Part shown: piece by piece, positions 29,242 through 37,873 of the stretch
How the letters are laid out: every line of letters begins with the position of its first letter
Numbering within the stretch: position 1 is the stretch's first letter
DNA from: Pseudomonadota bacterium
GTDB lineage: Bacteria > Bdellovibrionota_B > Oligoflexia > Oligoflexales > CAIMVM01
NCBI GenBank assembly: GCA_037142195.1
Contig: JBAXBA010000008.1
Coordinates: 1 to 64,000 of the forward strand
Length of the DNA stretch: 64,000 nt
Reading direction: 5' to 3'
Translations under genes and position numbers: made by a program
The notes under the pieces: generated by a model
Database searches by the model: none
Told to the model about the DNA's origin: nothing
What the model saw: only the letters and a program-made list of their open reading frames with translations

Positions 29242-29347
29242 CTCCTAAAGTATAAAATCTTTAGAGGAAATAACATAGTAATTTATTCTTAAGGGCCTGC
29301 AAGATTTTATATCGGTGGGATATAATGGGTATCTGGGGGGATTGGGC

Positions 29348-30145
29348 ATGTCCCATGGAGAAAGAAACTGGTTAGGTTTGCATTTGGCTGGTGTGAATAC
29401 AGCTAAGTCTGCTGTGGTATCTTTCGCCATTAGAGCTGGTATTCCAGAAGTAGTGCGTATGGTGGATAGAGTGGGCCCCCTAGGGAAAGTCACAGCCGAC
29501 GAAAGACTTCTTGAGATTATTTCCCAGTGTCATCCTTCAGATGCTATTTTTGTCGATACACCTTTAAGCTCTCCACCTTGTGTGAGCTGTATTGAAACCG
29601 TTTGTCATGGGGCTATGTCCTGCAGCGATATCAGGGTCGCCTATATTTCAGCCTTAGCCCAAAAAGCGGGTGCTCGGCGCCGTCCCGTAGATCCACAAGC
29701 TCACAGAGTTTGGGATGTGCTTCAAATGCAGGACAGGAAATTTGTGGATCCCACCTATACCTCAAATCATGCACCTTTGGTTATTAGAGCACAGGTTCTT
29801 GAAAAGCGACTTCGGGTTAAGTATCCTCATTTGCGATTTAAGGAAACCCATATCTCTATGGCGCTTATGCGCATGGCTGGCCTATTAAAACTGTCGGTAG
29901 GCGAGTTGAAACAATTTAGAAAATTTGAAAATGGACTGCAGATTCGTCAAAAAATAGTTACTTCTATGCTTGAAAATCGCTTAGCAAAGATGTCGCCGAG
30001 TCAATTCGAAAACGTGTCTCATTCCCTGGAAGCTTTTTTAGCGTTTATCTCTGCATGGCTTTGTGTGCAAGACTATTTGGAGCTGCTTCAGCCAGCTCCT
30101 CGCCAGTATCGCGCTGTCGAGTCGTGGGTATGGCTTCCAAAGTAG
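29348..30145 (+). CDS. DUF429-like protein (RNase H-like fold) with Cys cluster
   Basis: WLGLHLAG..KSAV, IFVDTPLS, KETH, HSLEAFLA; insert PPCVSCIETVCHGAMSC. Confidence 0.6.
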   Translation: MSHGERNWLGLHLAGVNTAKSAVVSFAIRAGIPEVVRMVDRVGPLGKVTADERLLEIISQCHPSDAIFVDTPLSSPPCVSCIETVCHGAMSCSDIRVAYISALAQKAGARRRPVDPQAHRVWDVLQMQDRKFVDPTYTSNHAPLVIRAQVLEKRLRVKYPHLRFKETHISMALMRMAGLLKLSVGELKQFRKFENGLQIRQKIVTSMLENRLAKMSPSQFENVSHSLEAFLAFISAWLCVQDYLELLQPAPRQYRAVESWVWLPK

Positions 30146-30168
30146 AGTTCCGATTTTTTGCTCAGCCT

Positions 30169-30217
30169 GTTTCTCTAGTTTCTGCCGTTTCTCTAGTTTC
30201 TGCCGTTTCTCTAGTTT
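30169..30217. repeat. 18-bp tandem repeat x2.7 overlapping the vWA gene stop codon
   Basis: GTTTCTCTAGTTTCTGCC units. Confidence 0.85.
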
Positions 30218-31497
30218 GTGGCAGTGAAGTATTTGATTTCAATTTTGGACCCTAAGGGCGGATTGTAGAAGGAAGGAAATGAAACCGAATTTTGGTCAGC
30301 TATATAGGTCCAATATTTGGGGTTTAATTTATCTCCATCGACATAGATTTCAACGGTATTTTTTATGACATTGCTATCAATAAGTTTGATTTGACTGATT
30401 TGTGTTTTAATATTGCCGGCGATTTTCTTTAGTAAAGTATCCCACTTTTTCGAGCATATGGATTCGATGTTGCCTCCCGTTGCTTTAGCAGCAGCAATAT
30501 ATTGAGTGCCTTCTTCGGCAGGGCTTCCATAGGGGCTGGAACAAAGAACACCTTTATCATCTCGCGTGCCTGTTATTGCGTTGACGGAGAAATTTCCAGG
30601 TCCTTTGACTGCGTTCATATCACGAATAAAATCGAGGTGGTCATAGCGCCAGTTCGTAAGGCCCTCCGCAACATAATTGATATTCGAGGATTTATCAAAA
30701 AGTCCCAGTCCAATGCCGTCATCCTCTTCGTCGGAGACTACAATTATAGAAAGAAAGGCATCTTTTCTGATGAAGGGCTCATTGAGGCCTGAAAGTGACT
30801 TTTTTACTGCTAGGTTAGCTGCACTAAGACCGTGCTCAAATCCAGATCCCTCAACACCCATAGATCGAGCATAGGAAGTAAACTTAGACAATACATCAGG
30901 ATCCGTTCCTTTAAGGACTGTTCTGCCTTTGTCGCCGACAAACGAACCGCGTAATCGGGTTTTGGTACTGCCTCCACTATCGGCCGGACACTCTGGGGTG
31001 ATTTTTTGAGAACCATCACTTAAGGATTCACAGACATCTGTCGACGTCAATGCTGTTTGAAAGCGTATATTAAGACTTTGTAGGCCCGCTACGAACTCTT
31101 GAAATCCTTCGGCAAGTAACGCCTGTTCCTCGGCCATGGAATTTGAAGTATCGACTACCCAGAGAAGGTCGACTTCTCTTTGGGATTTCACTGTGGAGAC
31201 GGTTAAGCCAGCCTTTGAATTTGGCGGTAGATGGTTGACTGTATCTGGGGTTGGGTCGTCAGAATCTTGTTCTGAGTTGGGTTTGACTTCTTCGGCTTTA
31301 TCAGTGATGACAGCTCGATTCGCATCGGCTCCTTGATCATTAGGGGTAATTCCTGGTGGGTAATACAGTTTGCTGGAGCCGGAAAATTTGGGTTCGGAAA
31401 CTTGTCCACATGCAGCTGCCAGACCAAGAATGCCAGAGAGTGCAATCGTGGCTGAGCTAGCGGAAGAAATACAAGAGACGCCTTTTTTAGAAGTCAT
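30211..31497 (-). CDS. vWA (MIDAS) domain lipoprotein
   Basis: Lipobox LAAAC; VDLLWVVDTSNSM (DxSxS); GSGFEHGL; IIVVSDEEDD; ATGGNIESIC. Confidence 0.82.
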   Translation of the reverse strand: MTSKKGVSCISSASSATIALSGILGLAAACGQVSEPKFSGSSKLYYPPGITPNDQGADANRAVITDKAEEVKPNSEQDSDDPTPDTVNHLPPNSKAGLTVSTVKSQREVDLLWVVDTSNSMAEEQALLAEGFQEFVAGLQSLNIRFQTALTSTDVCESLSDGSQKITPECPADSGGSTKTRLRGSFVGDKGRTVLKGTDPDVLSKFTSYARSMGVEGSGFEHGLSAANLAVKKSLSGLNEPFIRKDAFLSIIVVSDEEDDGIGLGLFDKSSNINYVAEGLTNWRYDHLDFIRDMNAVKGPGNFSVNAITGTRDDKGVLCSSPYGSPAEEGTQYIAAAKATGGNIESICSKKWDTLLKKIAGNIKTQISQIKLIDSNVIKNTVEIYVDGDKLNPKYWTYIADQNSVSFPSFYNPPLGSKIEIKYFTATN

Positions 31498-31553
31498 AAC
31501 CTACCTCTTTTCTCTAGTTGGGAGGTGCTCGATTGACACCGTCCAATGTTGAT

Positions 31554-31580
31554 CTCTCGGAGGGCCTTTGATATTTTTAG
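31554..31580 (-). promoter_or_regulatory. Putative sigma28-type promoter
   Basis: Minus strand CTAA-N15-TCCGAGAG (or TAAA-N14), 57 nt upstream of the vWA start. Confidence 0.4.
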
Positions 31581-31993
31581 GGATAGGATTTCACAGGGCA
31601 GATTGGTAGTAAGATCAGCGACATGCGGTCGAATGAAATCTTTCATTAAATATTACCAAAATATTCCCCATTAAAAGTCAAGGTACATTACGGGCTATTT
31701 TTTACTAAAAAACACAATGTTCTTAGAATGTTACTGTAATTGTTTCCCGGTCTGAAAATCATGTTCTTCGGTGTCTGACCCGATTCCGCAGAAGTTTTTC
31801 AAAGCTCTTGGAGTGCTGGAAGCTCGCAGATATCAGAAATAGATGATTTCTTTGGAGCGAAGGCTCGGAAGGTGTATGGGATAGAAAGACTTAACTTTTT
31901 AAGGGTGTTTTAGGTATGTAATTTAAGTTCTCGTTTTTAATAAATAAAAATAGATTTTTGGTGCCTGAGATAAATCCCTATAGAGGCTCGTGT

Positions 31994-32020
31994 TTAAGGG
32001 AAATAAATAGTTACCGAACT
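31994..32020 (+). promoter_or_regulatory. Putative sigma28-type promoter
   Basis: TTAA-N15-ACCGAACT, 18 nt before the PP2C ATG. Confidence 0.4.
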
Positions 32021-32038
32021 AGGATTTGGAGGCACGTC

Positions 32039-32764
32039 ATGCGGGTTGTTTTCTACGGAGCGAGTGATCGAGGTCGGGTTCGAAAAATGAACCAGGACTC
32101 TATCATTTTTAGCGAGAAGCTCGGGTATGGAGTCGTGGCTGATGGTATTGGTGGTAGACCTGGTGGCGATAAAGCCAGTGAGATCGTAACGCGAACGATC
32201 AGCCGTGTTATGGCGGAACCCCATGAAATACGCTATGGAGAAGTGACAGCGTATATGACTTCGCTTGTAGATAAAGTAAATCGCGAAGTGAAACAATTTG
32301 GTACAGACAATCCCCAGTGGCATGGCCTTGGGTCCACCATGGAGTTCCTATTCTTTTCTGGGGGAGAACTTTTTCTAGCGCATGTTGGAGATTCCCGCAC
32401 TTACATGGTGAGCGGGGGAGACATTTTTCTTATCACAGTAGATCACAATGTCGCGACTTTTCAGCAGAGGGGACTCGTGAAACATCGGCTTAATTCTGGG
32501 GTTTCCGGGTCAGCATTGACTAGGGCTGTGGGACTTTTGCCGACAGTAGATGTTGATGTCTATTCGAAGAAGCTTGTCGGGGGGGAAATTTTTGTAACTG
32601 CTAGTGATGGATTATTTGACATGATTTCAGATAGCAAAATTTTGCAAATAGTTGTGGATGCCAAGGGGCAACTAGAAGGAGTTTCTGAGAAGCTTATTGC
32701 AGAAGCAAACAAAAATGGTGGCCGCGACAATATAACGGTTTTGCTGTCGCAGGTCTTCCCATGA
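32039..32764 (+). CDS. PP2C/PPM-family Ser/Thr protein phosphatase
   Basis: GGAGG RBS; SDRGRVRKMNQD, VADGIGG, AHVGDSR, LTRAVG, SDGL, GGRDNIT. Confidence 0.93.
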   Translation: MRVVFYGASDRGRVRKMNQDSIIFSEKLGYGVVADGIGGRPGGDKASEIVTRTISRVMAEPHEIRYGEVTAYMTSLVDKVNREVKQFGTDNPQWHGLGSTMEFLFFSGGELFLAHVGDSRTYMVSGGDIFLITVDHNVATFQQRGLVKHRLNSGVSGSALTRAVGLLPTVDVDVYSKKLVGGEIFVTASDGLFDMISDSKILQIVVDAKGQLEGVSEKLIAEANKNGGRDNITVLLSQVFP

Positions 32765-34020
32765 GCCGCTATTTGATTCGAAAACAAAGCTATAGAATCC
32801 TTGGCCCAATGACGCTTCAGGAATTAAAGGGAGCTTTGGCCGGCTTGGAGGTTACTCTTTCTGATGAGATATCTGCTAGCTTGAAACCATGGGTGTTTCT
32901 TGATGATAGCCAAGCTTTAAAAGGTTGTTATCCTGAGGTGGTTGACATTGTGGGAGGAGGAGAAGATTTTCCTCTTGTATCTGAAAGCAGAAATCTAACA
33001 GGTAAAGTGAAGCGGCAAGAATTATCTAAAAATTCCAAGCGTTATCCCGACAGCAAAAAAAGAAAATTTGTTTTTTTTGCGACTTCAGTATTTGCGCTGA
33101 TTGCCTTGTTGGCAATAGGAGGGTTCGCCTTCGATTACCTTCAAAATAGCAAGAAAGTGGTTCCCCCTTTGCCGCCTAGCAAAACAGGGAATGGTTCCAG
33201 TCTCTACAAGGAGATCTTTGTTAGATTTGGAAGTGATTGGCAATCGGCATCTGATTTTGTTTTGAAAAATCAAACTGAGATACTGAGCGTACTCGCTAAT
33301 GAGCCTGCCTATGGAGACAAGCTCATGCCCTATATACGGCTTCAAGCATTTGTTTCAGGAGGAGGCTTCTATGAAGGGGTCGACTCCAAACTGCTTTACG
33401 GCAGTCATGACTCCACAAATTGTCGTGTGAGTGATTTTAGAAAACTTTGGAAGACTTCAGAAAGCTCCTGGAAGAAAGTTTCTAAGCCAGAAGCTTGGAT
33501 GAAGATATTGATGACGCATAAAAACTGGCTACAAAGTCGGTGGACTGAGGGTTGGATTTTGCCTAAGACATTTGAGGGAGCCTGTCTGTTTCTAGCTGAA
33601 GACGCCTTTATCAGCTTGTATGGAACGGAGCCGCTTACCGGGGAAGGCGAAGCCGTGAGAAGGCGCTTGACCAGGCTCACCGGACTGCAGTTGGGCGAGG
33701 ATTTACCTGCGAATATAAAATCAAACCATCCCCTTGATATTTTGTCTTGTCTTGAAGACGCAAAAATGGAGAAAGAAATTGGCGACTGTTTGAAGCGCAA
33801 TAAAGACAAAGAGTGGCGCAATGTCTTTCAAACTGCAGCTGATATCAATCGAATTCATAGAGGTGAACTTCCTAAAGAAGAACTCGGTAAATTTTTTCCT
33901 ATCACTCAACTTGATTTAGGCCCAGAGCGAACCATTGCTAGCGAGCTTAAATCTGGCAAATCTCTTAGTGACTCTGTTAAAATAGCGCAGGATCAGTTTC
34001 CTCAGTTTGTAAAAGACTAG
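32761..34020 (+). CDS. Bitopic membrane protein with N-terminal GYF_2-like domain
   Basis: YLIRK..RILGPMTLQEL..SDEIS..PW; one TM segment; ATGA overlap with the phosphatase gene. Confidence 0.65.
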   Translation: MSRYLIRKQSYRILGPMTLQELKGALAGLEVTLSDEISASLKPWVFLDDSQALKGCYPEVVDIVGGGEDFPLVSESRNLTGKVKRQELSKNSKRYPDSKKRKFVFFATSVFALIALLAIGGFAFDYLQNSKKVVPPLPPSKTGNGSSLYKEIFVRFGSDWQSASDFVLKNQTEILSVLANEPAYGDKLMPYIRLQAFVSGGGFYEGVDSKLLYGSHDSTNCRVSDFRKLWKTSESSWKKVSKPEAWMKILMTHKNWLQSRWTEGWILPKTFEGACLFLAEDAFISLYGTEPLTGEGEAVRRRLTRLTGLQLGEDLPANIKSNHPLDILSCLEDAKMEKEIGDCLKRNKDKEWRNVFQTAADINRIHRGELPKEELGKFFPITQLDLGPERTIASELKSGKSLSDSVKIAQDQFPQFVKD

Positions 34021-34022
34021 GA

Positions 34023-34226
34023 CTAATCTTGCTTAAGATCGAGATCTTTTCTAAGATCTTCGAGCTTCATTCTGGTCGTCTGAAGGCGTTCCCTCATGAC
34101 TTTAATAAGTTCATATCCTCGCTCTACTTCAAAGACCATGCGGTCCAGATCGATGTTGCCAGAAGACAGGCCCTTGACTATGTCTTCAACATCTTCAAGC
34201 ATTTTACCGTACGTTTGACTTTCCAT
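34023..34226 (-). CDS. xseB: Exodeoxyribonuclease VII small subunit
   Basis: YGKMLEDVEDIVKGLSSGNIDLD..ERGYELIK..ERL; follows xseA. Confidence 0.88.
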   Translation of the reverse strand: MESQTYGKMLEDVEDIVKGLSSGNIDLDRMVFEVERGYELIKVMRERLQTTRMKLEDLRKDLDLKQD

Positions 34227-34248
34227 GTTTAACTTCCTTTCGATGAAT

Positions 34249-35961
34249 CTATTTTTTATGGGAAATGAATGGCTTTGATTTATCAATAATTTCTTTTATT
34301 TCAAGTCGCAATAAACTGTGTTTTAAGCGAGCATTGAGCTCATCACCAGGTTTAAGCTGGCTGGAATCAACTATGGTATGTAGCGAAGATTCCAGCCTCG
34401 TCCAGCCCTTTTCAATCCAGGGAGAGGGATCTTTTGCATTTAAGGCGGATTCAAGACTTTGAATCTCATTTGTAATGCGTTGCATATTGGTGGCGACGGA
34501 TTGATCTAGTTTAGCTCCCCATGATGTACATGTTAGGTCTATTTGCCCCAGCCTATGAGTCATGGACTTTTCAAGTTTAACTAAAGCATCATCAACTCGA
34601 AATTTACCGCGATGGATTTGTTCAAAAGAGGTATGAATCAGTCCCGATTGAGCTCTTAACATTCTTTCATTTTCCCGATCAAGCCTTGCTCTCACTGCCA
34701 TTTCGAGTCGCTCAGGCAATTGAGTCAACAGTACGTGGGCTTGATGGGCACGGTGTTCTAATAGTCCTGCAAGTTGATGCGTCAATTGACCCATCCGTTC
34801 ACGCATGGTTCTCATACATGCAAGTAAAATCTCAGCAGCCGCTGTGGGTGTCTTTGCTCTCAAATAGGCAATCTCTTCAGCGACACAAAGGTCATCTTGG
34901 TGGCCTATAGCAGCAATGACAGGGACTGGGCAAGATGCTATGGCGTAGGCCACTTCACGGGAGTCAAACCATCGCAGATCTGCCAACGACCCTCCTCCGC
35001 GCGTTAAAACAATGAGGTCGACATTCCTAGTTTGTAATTCTTTAAAAATGGCAGGCAACTTGCGGGGCACATCCTCTCCCTGCATGGGAGCTGACATAAA
35101 AACAATTTCACCGGGAAATTTGCCTTCCATAAGCTGGTGAACAAAGTCTCCTAACGCACGAGAACCGCTAGCCGAAATGAGCCCGACTCTGAGCGGAAAA
35201 CTAGGAAAGGGCTGTTGCTTATTGGCCACGTCAAGGCCTTTGGCGCGCAGCTCTCGGAGGAGCTTTTCTCTATTTAGGGCCAAGTCACCTTTAGTAAATT
35301 CTAAATCAATATCTTGTACCGAGAGGCTTAGTGATGCTCGTCCCTTATAGACGCTGATAGACGCTAAGACTTTTATTTTTAATCCATCTTTGAGGATTTC
35401 CATCAGCGGATCTCTGCCGTACTTCTTTATTAAGGAAGCTAAAGTGTTCCCCCAGATGGAGGCAGAAATCGTCGTCGAATGAGCTTCATTGGCACCGGCA
35501 ACGCCTTCTGCAAGATGGAAGTAAGCTGCTTGAGCCTTAAAGCTGAGATTTTGAACTTCACCTTGGATCCAAATCAGGCCTGGAAATCCCAAGGCAACTA
35601 CACTGGCTGCCTTCTCGAGGACCTCAGAGACGGTGTAAGCGCTTTTGTCAGAGTTTACATTGAGCTTAGCGATAGGAGTCTTGCGGATGGGCATGGACAA
35701 GGGAATTAAAAAAGAATCTTCTTCCATCGAGTTATTTTCAGGTTGGTCCGATTTCAAGTCGCTAGGATCGCTGATACTAGCCCCGCCCAATGACTCACAT
35801 AGTTCTTTTGTCTGGGTCCAGATGTCGTCTCGAAATTTAGTCTGCCATAGTTTGAGTTGAGGATTAAAAACGGCACCTAGGCGCTTTATAGCCTCCCGAT
35901 GGGGATAGGTGTTGCCGAGAATCAAAATCTGATCCCCTTGTTTTTTACAGTGAACGCTCAA
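34249..35961 (-). CDS. xseA: Exodeoxyribonuclease VII large subunit with extra N-terminal domain
   Basis: YTVSE, IWIQGEVQN OB fold, RVGLIS, RGGGSLADL, AIGHQDD, KTPTAAAE, coiled coil, P..EKGW. Confidence 0.92.
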   Translation of the reverse strand: MSVHCKKQGDQILILGNTYPHREAIKRLGAVFNPQLKLWQTKFRDDIWTQTKELCESLGGASISDPSDLKSDQPENNSMEEDSFLIPLSMPIRKTPIAKLNVNSDKSAYTVSEVLEKAASVVALGFPGLIWIQGEVQNLSFKAQAAYFHLAEGVAGANEAHSTTISASIWGNTLASLIKKYGRDPLMEILKDGLKIKVLASISVYKGRASLSLSVQDIDLEFTKGDLALNREKLLRELRAKGLDVANKQQPFPSFPLRVGLISASGSRALGDFVHQLMEGKFPGEIVFMSAPMQGEDVPRKLPAIFKELQTRNVDLIVLTRGGGSLADLRWFDSREVAYAIASCPVPVIAAIGHQDDLCVAEEIAYLRAKTPTAAAEILLACMRTMRERMGQLTHQLAGLLEHRAHQAHVLLTQLPERLEMAVRARLDRENERMLRAQSGLIHTSFEQIHRGKFRVDDALVKLEKSMTHRLGQIDLTCTSWGAKLDQSVATNMQRITNEIQSLESALNAKDPSPWIEKGWTRLESSLHTIVDSSQLKPGDELNARLKHSLLRLEIKEIIDKSKPFISHKK

Positions 35962-36083
35962 GTTGTGGCCTCCTTTTGAGGAGCTAATATGGATTTTATG
36001 CCGACAAATGCAAAGGATTCATTGCCAAGAAGGGTTTTTTTATGCAAAATACGCCTTTGATTAATTAATATACAGGAACACTC

Positions 36084-36761
36084 ATGGCCGATATATCCCT
36101 AGAAAAACTTGTAGACTATGTCATCCGCGCTGTTAAGCGACATCCTTGGCATGGTATCCCGCCCACTCCAAACAAAGATGTGAGTTTTGCGACAGTTAAT
36201 GCCTTTATTGAAATCGTGCCGTCCGACACAGTTAAATATGAGATTGACAAAGAGTCTGGCTATTTGTCCATAGACAGGCCTCATAAGTTGTCCAATATGA
36301 TGCCTTGCCTTTATGGATTTGTACCTCAGACGTTTTGCGATGAAAATGTCGCCGCAAAGTCAAGATCAGTTTTAGGTAATGCTTCTATTGTAGGTGACGG
36401 AGATCCCTTAGATATCTGTGTTTTAACCGAAAGACAGATTACCCACGGTGATATTTTGGTGCAAGCCCACGTCATTGGTGGATTTCGCATGTTAGATGGC
36501 GGCGAGGCTGATGACAAAATTATTGCGGTACTCAAAGACGATCATGTCTTTGGGGGATTTACTGATGTCAAAGACCTTCCTGAGTCTGTAGTCGCGCGCC
36601 TCAGGCACTATTTTTTGACTTATAAAGAAGTTCCTAACGGGACTTCCAAGCCCAAGGTGGAAATCACTCACACCTATGGCAGAACAGAGGCTATAGAGGT
36701 TTGTAAACTTGCCTTTAAGGATTACCAAGCCAAGTATGGTGTCAACGAAATAGGGAATTAG
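36084..36761 (+). CDS. ppa: Family I inorganic pyrophosphatase
   Basis: HPWHG, KYEIDK, YGFVPQT, GDGDPLD, DGGEADDKIIAV, YFLTYK. Confidence 0.95.
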   Translation: MADISLEKLVDYVIRAVKRHPWHGIPPTPNKDVSFATVNAFIEIVPSDTVKYEIDKESGYLSIDRPHKLSNMMPCLYGFVPQTFCDENVAAKSRSVLGNASIVGDGDPLDICVLTERQITHGDILVQAHVIGGFRMLDGGEADDKIIAVLKDDHVFGGFTDVKDLPESVVARLRHYFLTYKEVPNGTSKPKVEITHTYGRTEAIEVCKLAFKDYQAKYGVNEIGN

Positions 36762-36781
36762 GCGCTGGCTTCAGCTGGAAG

Positions 36782-36800
36782 CCCAGACCTATAGTCTGGG
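36782..36800 (+). terminator. Hairpin after ppa
   Basis: CCCAGAC-CTATA-GTCTGGG. Confidence 0.45.
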
Positions 36801-36806
36801 ATAGAC

Positions 36807-37458
36807 AAAATAAGGAGATTTGTCTTTAGGTTGTTTTCCATCGGGCATTGGTTAAGATTTAGCCTTCGGAGTTAATTTACATCCTGGTTTTCGCGGCTTA
36901 TCTATCATTCCAGGAATATGCTTTTACACGGACGCCAGGAAGGCGTCTTTGTTTTTTGGGGAGCTGGCCGTGAATGGGAAAAACACCTTAAGTCACGTCT
37001 TTTGGGCTTTCGTGTCTGATCCTTTAAAAAACGAGCTCTTTTGGACTTAGTGATATCATATATCTCTTGAGAGCATTCTTTTCGGGATGATAGGAAGGAT
37101 CCTTAGGCTGCAAACGTCTCTTAGGTTTTGTTAGCTAAAATCAAGGGATTTGGCCTAGAGATTGTTGACAAGAAGAATAAGGGCAGTGTTTTTTCCTTCG
37201 GACTTAAATTGTTTCGTAGTATTGGCGACTTATCTATTCTCCATAAATAGGCTTCTACACTTACGCTAACAACACGTCTTTGTTTTAGCAGGGATTTCAG
37301 TTCCGCTAACAAGTAAAATACCTCAGTTGGTATCTTCTGTGCTTTCGTTTTTGATCCTTTAGAAAGCTAGCTCTTTGGGACTTAAGGAGAGCACTTATTT
37401 CTAGAGCCTGTTTCTCTGCGTTATAAGAAGGATCTAATTTTCTACATATGTCTTTTTT
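36807..37458 (-). pseudogene. Decayed coding sequence made of two diverged ~330-bp tandem units
   Basis: Units at ~36807-37125 and ~37137-37458 align. Minus-strand translations DPSYNAEKQALEISALLKSQRASFLKDQKRK and DPSYHPEKNAL/EIYDITKSKRARFLKDQTRK differ by many synonymous codon changes; both units carry frameshifts and stops. Confidence 0.55.
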
Positions 37459-37873
37459 GAACTGGGGTGATTTCTGAGAAAGATCATTCGAGCCTGAGTA
37501 CTGTTTGATTAACAGATTGTTTTCTGGGGTGTTTCTCTGATTCGGTGTTCGATGATCACTCCTGAAAATCCAATCCTTTCTAGGCTAACCTTTGTCTTTT
37601 GGACTGACACAGTGTTGCGAAAGGACCTTCAATCACGAGTAGAGGAATTCAGTTGCAACGTGTAAGCCAACTATTGCGCTAATGTAGTGGCCTGATATTA
37701 CAGTTATTTAGGCTTAAGGCCGCACACTAAATTTCTCTTGTGTAAACCGCCTTAGACACATTGTAGACGTTTCAACTTCTTCAGCGCTTTTCTGGGGATT
37801 TTTAAAACCCAGGTTCGCTCACAATCTTATTTAAAAAGTTCAATTCTAATTAGGAATCATACCCACGTACTTT

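Noticed and set aside
29309..29335. Sigma28-like promoter for the TPR-barrel operon
   Set aside because: The -10 (ACCGATAT) is plausible but the -35 (CAGA) is poor, so it was not counted
36807..36960. CsrB/RsmZ-like sRNA (several GGA motifs, GACGCC-AGGAA-GGCGTC hairpin)
   Set aside because: The GGA motifs and hairpin are not kept in the second repeat unit, and the substitution pattern fits decayed minus-strand coding sequence better
37121..37312. 63-aa ORF as an intact gene
   Set aside because: It is a fragment of the decayed repeat unit; the equivalent frame in the other unit is broken
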